From: Elusimicrobiota bacterium
GTDB lineage: Bacteria; CG03; SLGR01; JBDRKX01
DNA length: 51,091 nt
Reading direction: 5' to 3'
NCBI GenBank assembly: GCA_043813605.1
Contig: JBDRKX010000044.1
Coordinates: 1 to 51,091, forward strand
Shown: piece by piece, positions 38,068-48,778 of the stretch
Layout: every line of letters begins with the position of its first letter
Position numbering within the stretch: position 1 is the stretch's first letter
Notes under the pieces: generated by a model
What the model saw: the letters and a program-made list of their open reading frames with translations, nothing else
Database searches by the model: none
Told to the model about the DNA's origin: nothing
Translations under genes and position numbers: made by a program

Positions 38068-39512
38068 TTATTCTTTTTCAGTTTTATTGTTTCGTTTTGT
38101 ATGTGCAGTCTCAGATTCAGATTCTCGTTTTATATGTGTAACCTTTTCTCGTTTCTGCCATCTTGTTCCGGTAGGAGTATCTTTCAGCTCTATTTCCATT
38201 TCCAGGAGTTCGTCTCTTATTCTGTCCGCTTCCCGAAAATTCTTGTCCTGCCGGAACTTTTCCCTTTCTTCAATGAGTTGTTCTATTCCTTTTCATCTGC
38301 TGCAGTTCGAATTTCCAGTCTTATACCCAGTATATCTTCAAAAACATTTATCAGCCTGACCCCTTCTATGATATCTTTGTCCGTGCTTTCCCCTTTAAAC
38401 AACCTTTCTTTGATAGGAGTCATTTTCTTGAATATTTCACCTATTGCCTGAGCGGTATTCATATCATCGTTCAATGCATCAGATATCTCATCGCCGTCTT
38501 TCATAAGATTATCACAGGACAGATCGCTCCCGGCTGTTTTTATTATTTCTTTTTTGAATTCAATGACTTTTTCATAGGCTTTCCCGGTATCTTCAAGACC
38601 TTGAGTACTGAAATCGAGTACCTGCCTGTAACCGCAACTCAAAAGATACATCCTCAAGACCATCGGCTCATACTGCGAAAGAAGGTCCTGTAAAAGAAAG
38701 AAATTTCCTGTACTCTTTGCCATCTTATCGCCTTTAAGAGTGACCATCCCGTTATGCACCCAGTATTTAACCGGATTTTTGCCGGTAAGAGCTTCTGATT
38801 GTGCGACTTCATTCTCGTGATGCGGAAAAATAAGGTCAAGTCCGCCCCCGTGGATATCGAACTGGTCTCCAAGACATTGCCTTGACATAGCCGAACATTC
38901 TATATGCCAGCCGGGCCGGCCCATACCCCATGGGCTTTTCCAGCCGTATTCTTCATCGGTCTTCCAGAGAGCAAAATCGCGGGTATCTTCTTTTGCGGCT
39001 ATAATATCTTCTTTTGACACAAGTTCAGAGGGATCCCGGCCTGACAGACTGCCGTATCCCGAAAACCTTGCCACTCTGAAATACACACTCCCATTAATCT
39101 CATAAGCCATATCATTATCAATGAGGTCTTTCACAAAATCCACTATAGTATTTATATGTTCGGAAACTCTTGGATAAGCATCCGCAGGCATAACATTGAG
39201 TTTTTTCATATTCTCACAGAAACCTGCAAAATATTTTTTCGCAATATCCGCGGGTAATTCGCCTGTCTCCCTGCTCTTATTTATTATTTTATCGTCAATA
39301 TCTGTTATATTCTGCACATAAAACACTTCAAGTCCCCTTGCCTGAAGAAATCTTTTCAGTGTATCAAAGACTATATAGCATCTTGCATGGCCGAGATGGG
39401 CATCACTATACGGTGTAATGCCGCACACATACATACTTACCCTTCCGGGAGACATCGGTATAAATTCTTCTTTCTGTTTACTAAGCGTGTTGTATATAAA
39501 AAATTCTTTCAC
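38068..39512 (-). CDS. cysS: Cysteine--tRNA ligase, frameshifted near 38290 (main frame 38283-39512, anticodon-binding domain continues in -1 frame to 38068)
   Basis: YVCGIT.Y...HLGHAR, GRPGWHIECSAM, DLIFPHHENE, KMAKS; the -1 frame reads IEQLIEEREKFRQDKNFREADRIRDELLEMEIELKDTPTGTRW. Confidence 0.95.
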
Positions 39513-39526
39513 AATTGCCTTAACAA

Positions 39527-40000
39527 TCAGTATTTTGGAGACGGGATTATCGTGACCACTGAAATAGAAGCGATAGCTTCTCCCTTGCCGATACTTCCCA
39601 GTCCCTCATTGGTAGTTGCCTTGATATTAACATCATATACCGGCACACCTATTGTTTTCGCTATATTTTCCTGCATATCTTTTATATAAGAAGCCAGTTC
39701 CGGTTTTTCGCAGATAACCGTCACATCCACATTATTGATATCCTTGTCGATCTTTTCTATTACCTTCTTCAGCAGTTCCATAGAAGATATTCCTTTATTT
39801 CTATCATCTGTATCGGGAAAATGCCGGCCGATATCGCCCAAGCCGGCAGCACCGAGAATCGCGTCACAAATGGAATGGACAACGACATCGGCATCTGAAT
39901 GACCCTGTAGCCCTGATTCATGGTCTATTTCAATACCCCCGAGTACCAGTTTCCTGCCTTTAACAAGCCTGTGTATATCATAGCCTATGCCTGTTCTCAT
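39527..40000 (-). CDS. ispF: 2-C-methyl-D-erythritol 2,4-cyclodiphosphate synthase
   Basis: GIGYDIH, GHSDADV..H..CDAILGA.GLGDIG.HFP, NIKATTNE. Confidence 0.97.
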   Translation of the reverse strand: MRTGIGYDIHRLVKGRKLVLGGIEIDHESGLQGHSDADVVVHSICDAILGAAGLGDIGRHFPDTDDRNKGISSMELLKKVIEKIDKDINNVDVTVICEKPELASYIKDMQENIAKTIGVPVYDVNIKATTNEGLGSIGKGEAIASISVVTIIPSPKY

Positions 40001-40662
40001 GTTTTTTTCTCCTCCAATATATATTTTGCATATTTAAAATCTTCCTCTACGGTGATCTTTATGTTTTCTCTTTCACCTTTGATGATTTTTACATCAATAC
40101 CCGCATTTTCCGCGACAGTCGATGAATCAGGCGCAGTATCACCTTTCCAACTGCTGTAGGCTTCTATAATATCCCGTGTTCTGTATCCCTGAGGAGTCTG
40201 CACGAGATAGAGTCTATCCCTGTCGATTGTCCTGATCTTTCCCTTTTCATAATATTTTGTTGTAGATACAGGATTTACTGCCGGGATCGCTGTACCGTAT
40301 TCCAATGTGCCTTCTATTACTCTCCTTGCCAGCTCTTCAGAACAGAGCGGCCTTACTGCATCGTGTATTATAACATACTCAGAATTAACGGCTTTCAATC
40401 CCTGAGCTACAGACGCGTCCCTTCTTGACGCGCCTTTTACGAAAATATTATCCTCTGTAACTTCGGCTTTACTCCTGACTTCAGATTCATCCATATCTGG
40501 AGGATATACGATAATAACAGATATGATCTCATCTATCCTGTCAAATATGCTTACAGACCATCCAATAAGAGTCCTGCCGCCGATTTTCAAAAACTGTTTT
40601 TTTGAACCGAACCTGGAACCCTCTCCCGCCGCCATTATAAGAGCGCTAACTGACTTTTGCAA
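39997..40662 (-). CDS. ispD: 2-C-methyl-D-erythritol 4-phosphate cytidylyltransferase
   Basis: AAGEGSRFG..KQF, IHDAVRP, VQTPQG, NIKIT..ED; adjacent to ispF. Confidence 0.93.
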   Translation of the reverse strand: MQKSVSALIMAAGEGSRFGSKKQFLKIGGRTLIGWSVSIFDRIDEIISVIIVYPPDMDESEVRSKAEVTEDNIFVKGASRRDASVAQGLKAVNSEYVIIHDAVRPLCSEELARRVIEGTLEYGTAIPAVNPVSTTKYYEKGKIRTIDRDRLYLVQTPQGYRTRDIIEAYSSWKGDTAPDSSTVAENAGIDVKIIKGERENIKITVEEDFKYAKYILEEKKT

Positions 40663-41623
40663 AGATCATCCTTCCGGAAGATTTCTGAAGAACTGAAGTC
40701 ACCGTTATTTCTACTTTTTTTCCTATATAATTTTTACCCTCATCTATTACCACCATTGTTCCGTCTTCAAGGAACCCGACACCCTGCTCCTTATCCCTGC
40801 CCTTTTTAATCACAAATATCTCTATAGCCTCTCCTGGCAGCAGTTTGGGTTTAAGCGCATTAGCCAGTTCATTTACATTAAGCACTCCAATGCCCTGGGC
40901 ACTTGCAGATTTGGTGAGATTATAGTCACACGTTATCATTTTTGCTTTAAGTTCCTGGCAGATCTTGATCAATTTAATGTCGTTCTTTTCGATTTCAGGA
41001 TAATCTTTATCATACATTTTAACAATAACATTCTCATTTTCGCGCAAATTATTGACTATCTCCAAAGCGCGCCTTGCTTTCTTTCTTTTTTCTTCATCAG
41101 GCGAATCCGCTGTTGCCTGGACTTCTCCCATGATAAAAGACGGTATAACAAGGACCCCCTCCAGGTATCCGGTATCAGCTATATCCAGTATCCGCGCATC
41201 TATTATTGCCGATGAATCTATGATCTTAAGCCCGGCAGAAAGTTTTGCCCCAGTTATATTTATTTCCCTGTCCAGGAGATCCAGCTCGTTCTTTTTGTTA
41301 AGGGCTAATATCATAAAAATATAACTGAGAACAACACTTATGAGCAGGGTATACTTCTCAAAGAGTTCCGATACCCTAACATTGTCTATCAGAACAGGAA
41401 CTACATTATTGATCAGACTTGCTGCTATTAATCCTATTACGATTCCCAGACCGCCGGCGACAAGATCGTCTAACCGCACTTTCTGTATTATTATTTCAGC
41501 AGCTATGACTATCAGAGCCGCTCCTGTTCCAATCAGTATGCCTTTCCCGTCCGGTGATATTTTTATATACCCTATTACAGGGCCCGCTATTATTACAACT
41601 AACCTTGCTATGTAAGTAAACAT
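40646..41623 (-). CDS. PIN/TRAM domain membrane protein (YacL-like)
   Basis: TM N-terminus, IIDSSAIIDARI, GVGFLEDGTMVV, TSVLQ...GRMIFA. Confidence 0.92.
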   Translation of the reverse strand: MFTYIARLVVIIAGPVIGYIKISPDGKGILIGTGAALIVIAAEIIIQKVRLDDLVAGGLGIVIGLIAASLINNVVPVLIDNVRVSELFEKYTLLISVVLSYIFMILALNKKNELDLLDREINITGAKLSAGLKIIDSSAIIDARILDIADTGYLEGVLVIPSFIMGEVQATADSPDEEKRKKARRALEIVNNLRENENVIVKMYDKDYPEIEKNDIKLIKICQELKAKMITCDYNLTKSASAQGIGVLNVNELANALKPKLLPGEAIEIFVIKKGRDKEQGVGFLEDGTMVVIDEGKNYIGKKVEITVTSVLQKSSGRMIFAKVS

Positions 41624-41641
41624 ATCTTTCTCCTTCTTATC

Positions 41642-42976
41642 TTATTTTAAAATAATATTATCAAGCTGGCTGATATTGTTGATATACACCAGTTTGATTC
41701 CCGAATCCTTAATTTTTGCCCCGGCAGGAATAACGGCTTTACTGAACCCGCTGCGCTCGGCATATTTAACTCTTTCTGCTATATCCTGCTGACTGCGTAT
41801 TTCACCATTCAGGCCGACCTCTCCTGTAAAAATCATATTCTGGGAAACAGGTACATTTTTTACACTGGAATAGAGGGCACAAATCATACCCAGATCACCC
41901 GCTCTTTCTGTAACTTTTCTGCCGCCGCTGACATTGATGTATATATCGAGAGAAGCCAGTTTAAGACCAAGATGCTTCTCAGCTATAGCATTTATCATCA
42001 GCAGGCGCTCCCTTGAAAATCCGCTTGTACGGCGCAGAGGATATTCAAAATAACTTTTAGCACTCAGAACCTGAAACTCTGCCGATATCAGCCGTGATCC
42101 TGTCCGGACACACGCTGCCGACTGCCCGGTAATGTTAACGGGGTCCGCTGACCTGCAGCAATCTGAATCCTCTATCTCCTCCAATCCAGTTTCTGAAAGG
42201 TAATAAAGTACAAAATCCCCGCATGCCCCGAACCTGTTCTTCACTGCACTTAATATCCTCATATTACCTTCGCCGCTGTCCATATACACAACTGCATCTA
42301 CCATATGTTCGAGTACTTTCGGCCCGGCGATATCTCCCTGTTTTGTTATCTGTCCGGATATAAACATTACTATCCGAGAGTTCTTTGCGAGAGAAGTAAG
42401 TCTTTGACCGCAGGATTTCACTTGTTTCATGGAACCCGGTACTCCGGAAACTGCAGGGTCTGCCATTGCCTGAACCGAATCTATAAAAACAACATCCGGC
42501 TCATACTTATTTATACTTTTTTCGACCTCATCAAGATCACCTGATCCGAGCACTATAATATCCGAACTGCTCACTTTAAGCCTGCCCGCATGTATTTTCA
42601 TCTGTTCAGGATTTTCTTCCCCGCTAACGAAAAGGACCTTGATCCCGGCTATAACCAGCCGGCCGGCCAATTCAATAAACAGAGTACTCTTACCTACGCC
42701 GGGAGGCCCGCCTACAAGAATAACCTCACTGTCTACAAAGCCGCCGCCTAACAGCCGGTCTATTCCTTTCCAGCCGCTTTTTTTTCTTCCTTCGGCTGCT
42801 GTAGTTTCTATGTCCGAAAGCCGCTGAGCGGTACCCTTGAGTATTTCATGTTTCCCGGAACCTGTTTCCTGGAGACCATTTCCGACCTCTACAAGAGAAT
42901 TCCATTCCATGCATCTCGGACATCTGCCGAGCCATTTTAAGTCAGTATAACCGCATTCAGCACATTCAAACGGCAT
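41642..42976 (-). CDS. radA: DNA repair protein RadA/Sms
   Basis: C..CG....KW.GRCP.C zinc finger, GPPGVGKST, SGEE, LEHMVD, KNRFG, GEVGL.GEIR. Confidence 0.95.
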   Translation of the reverse strand: MPFECAECGYTDLKWLGRCPRCMEWNSLVEVGNGLQETGSGKHEILKGTAQRLSDIETTAAEGRKKSGWKGIDRLLGGGFVDSEVILVGGPPGVGKSTLFIELAGRLVIAGIKVLFVSGEENPEQMKIHAGRLKVSSSDIIVLGSGDLDEVEKSINKYEPDVVFIDSVQAMADPAVSGVPGSMKQVKSCGQRLTSLAKNSRIVMFISGQITKQGDIAGPKVLEHMVDAVVYMDSGEGNMRILSAVKNRFGACGDFVLYYLSETGLEEIEDSDCCRSADPVNITGQSAACVRTGSRLISAEFQVLSAKSYFEYPLRRTSGFSRERLLMINAIAEKHLGLKLASLDIYINVSGGRKVTERAGDLGMICALYSSVKNVPVSQNMIFTGEVGLNGEIRSQQDIAERVKYAERSGFSKAVIPAGAKIKDSGIKLVYINNISQLDNIILK

Positions 42977-44259
42977 TATTCCAGTTCGACCTCCACCCCG
43001 GCCCGGAAACTCCCCTCATCCAGTATATCTTCATAACTCAATCCCAGGGACAGAAATTTTACCAGCTGCAGCTTTGAAGTGACATTCCACCATGGATTTT
43101 CTCTGTTGAATTCAAAGAGTTCTGTCTGAAGTCTGAGCCTGTCCTTATATATCCATCCGGCACCCACACCGCCGGACGATCTTATAGCTCCGCCAAAGAC
43201 ACCGAAATTACCTATTCTCTTACCCGCTTTCAAAGTAAGAGCATTTATTCTGTCTCCGCCCGTATCGTGATTACCCGTATTTCCCGGGGGTGTCATATTC
43301 TCAATAGCTATATTAAGGAACCGGCCGGAATTGCTATTAATAGTCAAACCCGAATAACTTCTGAATAACTCACTATCCGGCTCGTAGTAAACCGATGCCT
43401 GAACGGATGTATCAAAACCTTTGAACCTGTTTACTGCCTGCTTAAGATCGATCGAAGCCTTATATATGCTGTCAATAGTTTCCCCTATCTTTTCTCCATA
43501 TTCATCAGAAGCAATTATCTTTCCCGCCACTCCTTTTCCTGCACGTATATCAACGATCATCATCCTCAGTTCTTCAGCAGCTTGACCTAATTTCTCTATA
43601 CTGTCCGTTATCTTACCTGTTTCTTTGTTCAGCGTACCGTCAAGGTCCTTAACCATCCTGTTAAGGTTCAGCATTACCATATTAATGTTCCCTATCGCTT
43701 TAGAGAGTTTAACACCGTCCTCACCAAGAGCCGTATTTATACCGCCTGTCAGATCCCTAAGATTAGCAAAAGTACTTCCTATATTTCCCCCAAGATCCTT
43801 ATTTTCTCCTATTTTTTGAAAAACCTGCACGACTTCGTTAAGCCCGCTTACAAAACTGTCAATAACTTCTTCATAACTCAATGGATTCACGCCGGTTATC
43901 TTGTCTCCCTGCTGTATCAACGGCGCTTCCTGTGTGCCACGCGTCAGGCTCACGTATGTATTTCCTATCATACCCATTTTAAGTATCTTCACTCTTGTAT
44001 CCCTGTGTATTTTCACATCCCTGCTGATCCATACTTTGATCCTGGCTTTTTCATCTTTAAGGTCAACCTTTGTCACCCTGCCTACTTCTACGCCGGATAT
44101 TTTTACCATAGGACGCGCAGGCAGGTCTGCCAGATCATCAAACAGCACATAGAACTCATATCCTCTTTCAATCCTAATATCTCCCAGGTTTACAACTACT
44201 ATCATAGCAGCTATCAAGGCAGCCAGTATTAAAAATCCTACTTTTGTCTGATCTTTCAT
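42976..44259 (-). CDS. mlaD: MlaD/MCE family protein with a long helical region and beta-rich C-terminus
   Basis: KVG anchor, VKISGVEVGRV, MG.IG..YV.L..G; downstream of mlaEF. Confidence 0.85.
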   Translation of the reverse strand: MKDQTKVGFLILAALIAAMIVVVNLGDIRIERGYEFYVLFDDLADLPARPMVKISGVEVGRVTKVDLKDEKARIKVWISRDVKIHRDTRVKILKMGMIGNTYVSLTRGTQEAPLIQQGDKITGVNPLSYEEVIDSFVSGLNEVVQVFQKIGENKDLGGNIGSTFANLRDLTGGINTALGEDGVKLSKAIGNINMVMLNLNRMVKDLDGTLNKETGKITDSIEKLGQAAEELRMMIVDIRAGKGVAGKIIASDEYGEKIGETIDSIYKASIDLKQAVNRFKGFDTSVQASVYYEPDSELFRSYSGLTINSNSGRFLNIAIENMTPPGNTGNHDTGGDRINALTLKAGKRIGNFGVFGGAIRSSGGVGAGWIYKDRLRLQTELFEFNRENPWWNVTSKLQLVKFLSLGLSYEDILDEGSFRAGVEVELE

Positions 44260-44260
44260 T

Positions 44261-45019
44261 TTATTTATCCTTATCTGTATTATTCACAAAAATTTTTCTC
44301 GTACCCGCGATAAACTGTTTAACATGCGGGTTCTCAGATTTCCTAAAATTCCCTGCAGTGTCGACTTCGACTATAACGCCTCCGTGCAACAGCGCTATCC
44401 GATCGGAAACTTTAAATGCCGTCTGCAGATCATGTGTAACTATCACTGAAGTAAGCTTTAATTTATTCTGCAGATCGAGAAACATGTCACTTATCACGTC
44501 TGTAGTAATCGGATCCAGGCCGGTTGTAGGTTCATCGTAAAATATGTATCTTGGACTTGTAGCTATTGACCTGGCAAGCGCCACTCTTCTTTTCATTCCT
44601 ATGGAAAGGCTTTCGGGGAGTTTATTTTCCACTCCTCTTAATTCAACCATCTCCAGGTATTTTGTCACGAGCTTTTTTATTTGATCTTCCGTATTGTTTG
44701 TTAACCTTTTTAACCCGAATGCTACATTTTCACCTACTGTAAGACTGTCAAAAAGAGCTCCGCCCTGGAAGAGCATCCCCACTGTGGAAAGCACTTTAGT
44801 AAGCTGTTTCCGGGAAGCCCTGGTAACCTCTATGCCGTCTATCTTTATACTGCCTTTATCAGGTTTCATCAAACCAAGTATATTTTTTAAAAAAACACTT
44901 TTTCCGACTCCTGATCCTCCGAGAAGTGTAAAAATCTCACCATCCATTATATCAAGGTCCAGTCCTTTTAGAACCTGCTGGCCGCCAAGCTGTTTGTAAA
45001 GGCCTCTTATCTCTATCAT
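44261..45019 (-). CDS. mlaF: MlaF-type ABC transporter ATPase
   Basis: GGSGVGKS, GMLFQGGALFDSL, LSIGMKRRVALAR, YDEPTTGLDP. Confidence 0.92.
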   Translation of the reverse strand: MIEIRGLYKQLGGQQVLKGLDLDIMDGEIFTLLGGSGVGKSVFLKNILGLMKPDKGSIKIDGIEVTRASRKQLTKVLSTVGMLFQGGALFDSLTVGENVAFGLKRLTNNTEDQIKKLVTKYLEMVELRGVENKLPESLSIGMKRRVALARSIATSPRYIFYDEPTTGLDPITTDVISDMFLDLQNKLKLTSVIVTHDLQTAFKVSDRIALLHGGVIVEVDTAGNFRKSENPHVKQFIAGTRKIFVNNTDKDK

Positions 45020-45810
45020 ATTATCCCCATGGCATTCAGAAGCGTTGAAAGAAAATAATCAAATACAAGTATCAGTATCATGGATATAACTACCGACCTT
45101 GTAGTACTCCTGCCCACTCCTTCAGCTCCGCCGGAAGTCGTAAAACCCCTGTAACAGCTCACTGTCACTATTATAAAACCAAAAAAAACCGATTTTATCA
45201 GCCCGTGAGAAAAATGGACTATTTGCATAAATGTCAGTATATCGTTTATATAAACGCTTCCCGGAATATCAAACGCGTGTATTGCCACTATGTACCCGCC
45301 CCATATACCCACCAGATTCCCTATAAGCGTTATTAAGGGCAGCATTGTCACAGTGGCTATAAAAAGCGGGACTGCCAGGTATTTTTCGGGAGTTGTTCCG
45401 AGCATATACAGAGCATCTATCTGTTCTGTTACTTTCATTGTCCCGATTTCAGCAGTTATTGAAGCGCCTACCCGGCCGGCTATAACCATAGCCGTCAGCA
45501 CGGGACCCAGTTCAAGTACCATTGCAAAACTCACCAGAGTACCCAGAAACACCGCTTCATCGAAAGCCTTTATTGATGCTACTCCGCTCTGAAGAGCAAG
45601 CACCATACCGGTAAAAAGCGATGACAAAAGTACTATTGGCATTGAATCCACACCCACCCTGACCATCTGTTTGAATATATTTTTGGGATCATCAGGTTTT
45701 TCAAACAGTAAAAGAAAAACGTTCTTTACCATAAGCGCCGCGCCGCCGATATCGTAAGCTGCGGCAGCAAGCCGTCTGAACAGGAAATTTTCGGTACTTA
45801 AATTAATCAT
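45016..45810 (-). CDS. mlaE: MlaE-type ABC transporter permease
   Basis: FTGMVLALQ, ELGPVLTA...AGRVG....AEIGTMKVTEQIDAL, GGAEGVGRSTT. Confidence 0.94.
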   Translation of the reverse strand: MINLSTENFLFRRLAAAAYDIGGAALMVKNVFLLLFEKPDDPKNIFKQMVRVGVDSMPIVLLSSLFTGMVLALQSGVASIKAFDEAVFLGTLVSFAMVLELGPVLTAMVIAGRVGASITAEIGTMKVTEQIDALYMLGTTPEKYLAVPLFIATVTMLPLITLIGNLVGIWGGYIVAIHAFDIPGSVYINDILTFMQIVHFSHGLIKSVFFGFIIVTVSCYRGFTTSGGAEGVGRSTTRSVVISMILILVFDYFLSTLLNAMGII

Positions 45811-46918
45811 CAGAATAAATCCTTGGGACCCTGCCGGTTATGCCGGTGGTTATCTCATAGTTGATAGTTTCCGCCCAGGAAGCCATTTCTTCGACAGTTA
45901 TTGATTCCCCGGAATCCGACCCTATCAACACAGCTTCATCACCTATAGAAACTCCCTTTACATCCGTTACGTCTACCATTATCATATCCATGCATACACG
46001 GCCTATAACAGGACATTTTTTTCCGCGGATTATTACTTTTGATTTATTCGATAAAGCTCTCCGGTATCCATCAGCATACCCTACACAAAGGGTAGCTATT
46101 CTGGAACGTGCCGGCGCGACCCAAGTCCCGCCATAGCTTATGGGTGTCCCTTCAGGCACATCCTTCAGGAATACTATACTGCTATGCCATGAGAGTACAG
46201 GCTTGAATCCGTGTTCATTTCTTACACCATCGGGATAAAGACCATAAACGGCCAGACCAGGTCTGAGCAGAGTAAAATAAGAATCGCTGAAATTCATTAT
46301 CCCGGCCGTATTTGCCGCATGCACAAATTTAGGTATATTATGCAGTCTGCTGATGACACTTTTAAAAGCGTCTATCTGCCGTATGGTATACTCTGCGTCT
46401 TCATCCGCCCTGGAAAAATGTGTAAGAATACCTTCTCCTGAAAGGAACATGGAATCCTCTATCTCATTCCATAATTTCACTGCCGAATCAGGGCTCAGGC
46501 CTATCCTGCCCATACCCGAATCCACCTTAAGATGAAATGCCACTTTCTTATTCTTGGTTTTTGCAGTATTCTCCAGGGACTCTGCGGAAAAACGGCTTGC
46601 AACTATCGGTGTAAGATCATATTCAATTATAGCTTCGAAGTTTTCCATAGGATAGATCGAGCCGAGTATCAGGACGGGGAGTCTTATACCGTTTTCCCTC
46701 AGTTCTATCCCCTCTTCTATGGTAGCAACACCGAGTATGTCGGCGCCTTCTTCTTCAAGCGCTTTTGCCACATTAACGGCGCCATGACCGTAAGCGTCTG
46801 CCTTTACGACCGGCATCACAGCCATGTTCGCAATATCTCTGATTTTACTGAAATTATTCCTCAGAGAATTCAGGTCTACTCTGACGAATGTCTGCCTGTA
46901 TAACTTTTTTTCCGCCAC
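45803..46918 (-). CDS. alr: Alanine racemase
   Basis: VVKADAYGHG, HLKVDSGMGRIG, RPGL..YG, GYADGY.R, GRVCMD, TINYE. Confidence 0.97.
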   Translation of the reverse strand: MAEKKLYRQTFVRVDLNSLRNNFSKIRDIANMAVMPVVKADAYGHGAVNVAKALEEEGADILGVATIEEGIELRENGIRLPVLILGSIYPMENFEAIIEYDLTPIVASRFSAESLENTAKTKNKKVAFHLKVDSGMGRIGLSPDSAVKLWNEIEDSMFLSGEGILTHFSRADEDAEYTIRQIDAFKSVISRLHNIPKFVHAANTAGIMNFSDSYFTLLRPGLAVYGLYPDGVRNEHGFKPVLSWHSSIVFLKDVPEGTPISYGGTWVAPARSRIATLCVGYADGYRRALSNKSKVIIRGKKCPVIGRVCMDMIMVDVTDVKGVSIGDEAVLIGSDSGESITVEEMASWAETINYEITTGITGRVPRIYSDD

Positions 46919-48289
46919 TCAGAACTCCTGTTTTCTTGTAAGGTCTCTGAATCTTGTATATTCTTCCTGAAACAGCATTTTGACTTCACCCGTAGGGCCA
47001 TTACGCTGTTTACCTACTATAATCTGTGCGATATTCTTTTCTTCAGACGTGATCTCATCATGCATCTGGTAATATGAAGGCCTGTACAGGAACAGTACTA
47101 CATCAGCATCCTGCTCTATTGCACCGCTTTCACGGAGATCGGATAACCTGGGGCGTGAACCAAAGTCACCGGTGCGTTTTTCAGGAGCCCGGCTCAGCTG
47201 TGACATTGCTATTACAGGAACATTTATTTCTTTTGCCAGTACTTTCAGGTTTCTCGATACATACGATATTTCCTGTTGCCTACTTTCCGAACCGCCGCTT
47301 TGTCCGGGCATCAGCTGAATATAATCCACAAGTATCAACCCGAGATCGGGATACTGTGCCTTAAGACGTCTTGCCCGTGCTTTCATTTCAAGCGGTGTCA
47401 GACTCGGAGAATCATCTATATGTATCCTGGAAGTCTTCAGCCTGTCAGCTGCTGATGTAAGCGCCGCCCATTCATAATTCCCTATATATCCTTCAATAAC
47501 CCTTCTCAGATTGACCTGTGCTTCACTGCATAGCATCCTTCTCAATATCTCTTCGGCGGACATCTCCAGGGAAAATATGCCTACAGGTATCTTTTTTTCC
47601 AGCCCCACATACTGCGCTATATTTAAACCGAATGAGGTTTTTCCCATGGAGGGCCGGCCGGCAACAATTATCAGATTGCCTCTATGAAGGCCGGCGAGCA
47701 TCTTATCCAGTTCCTTAAAACCCGTCGAAAGCCCTGATACTTCTACATCATGGCTGCAGACTTTTTCTATAGTTTCTATAGCTTCCTCTACCATATTGCC
47801 TATCTTTCTAAAACCCTCTTTCACGTTTTTCTCTCTCACACTGAAAACCTGCTGCTCAGCACTGTCAAAAAGAGACTGTGCATCATCTTTTTCGCTGTAA
47901 CTGTCTTCAATGATCTTAGATGCGATACGGATAAGTTCACGCAAAAGTGCTTTATCCCTTACTATCTTTGCGTAAAACTCCGCATTGGACGCAGTAACAA
48001 CATTATTAACAAGTTCCGTAAGATAATCATGTCCGCCGGAACTTTCAAGATCCTGCGTTTTTTTAAGTTCTTCTGCAACCGTAACTACATCTACCGCCTC
48101 GTTCTTCTGGAAAAGGCTCCGTATTCCATTAAATATGTTCCTGTGGGCAGTCCTGTAAAAGTAGTTTTCTTCAAGAAGATCCATTGCCACCATTACCGCG
48201 TTTTCTTCTATGAGCATTGCTCCGAGAACTGATCTTTCGGCTTCTATATTCTGTGGCGGTAATTTATCTTTAGTTATGTTTTGTGCCAT
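46919..48289 (-). CDS. dnaB: Replicative DNA helicase
   Basis: PPQNIEAERSVLG, AGRPSMGKT, FSLEM, VDYIQL, SDLRESGAIEQDAD, KQRNGPTG. Confidence 0.98.
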   Translation of the reverse strand: MAQNITKDKLPPQNIEAERSVLGAMLIEENAVMVAMDLLEENYFYRTAHRNIFNGIRSLFQKNEAVDVVTVAEELKKTQDLESSGGHDYLTELVNNVVTASNAEFYAKIVRDKALLRELIRIASKIIEDSYSEKDDAQSLFDSAEQQVFSVREKNVKEGFRKIGNMVEEAIETIEKVCSHDVEVSGLSTGFKELDKMLAGLHRGNLIIVAGRPSMGKTSFGLNIAQYVGLEKKIPVGIFSLEMSAEEILRRMLCSEAQVNLRRVIEGYIGNYEWAALTSAADRLKTSRIHIDDSPSLTPLEMKARARRLKAQYPDLGLILVDYIQLMPGQSGGSESRQQEISYVSRNLKVLAKEINVPVIAMSQLSRAPEKRTGDFGSRPRLSDLRESGAIEQDADVVLFLYRPSYYQMHDEITSEEKNIAQIIVGKQRNGPTGEVKMLFQEEYTRFRDLTRKQEF

Positions 48290-48331
48290 AATTCTCTCCC
48301 GCTTTACCCTGCAGGCTGATGCGAAATGAGT

Positions 48332-48778
48332 TCAGCTTTTTTTCACTACCCATACTTTACAGAATGCTTCTACTTCCGGATGCAGCTTTATCCCCACTTT
48401 GAATACCCCGAGTTTTTTTATCGGTTCTGCGATCTGTATGTCTTTTTTGTCTATATCCAATCCCAGCTCTATCAGTTTTTCCGCTATATCTATATTTGTT
48501 ACGGATCCAAAAAGCTTATCCTCTTCACCGACCTCTACCTGAACTGTTACAGAAGTGCCTTCCAGCTCTTCGCTTTTCTTTAAGGCAGCTTCTTTTTCCT
48601 TTAACCTCATGCTTTCATTCTTATATTTCATCTTTTCGATAAGATTCATATATTTATCATCATAAGGCCAGACTTTATCTTTAGGAATGAGGTAATTGCG
48701 GGCATAACCATTACTCACATCTACTACATCCCCGAATTTTCCGAGTTTTTCCACATCTTCTTTAAGTATTACTTTCAT
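48332..48778 (-). CDS. rplI: 50S ribosomal protein L9 (start at MKVILK)
   Basis: MKVIL.EDV.KLG..GDVV.V..GYARNYLIP, KLFGSVT; ATG overlaps the upstream stop codon. Confidence 0.97.
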   Translation of the reverse strand: MKVILKEDVEKLGKFGDVVDVSNGYARNYLIPKDKVWPYDDKYMNLIEKMKYKNESMRLKEKEAALKKSEELEGTSVTVQVEVGEEDKLFGSVTNIDIAEKLIELGLDIDKKDIQIAEPIKKLGVFKVGIKLHPEVEAFCKVWVVKKS

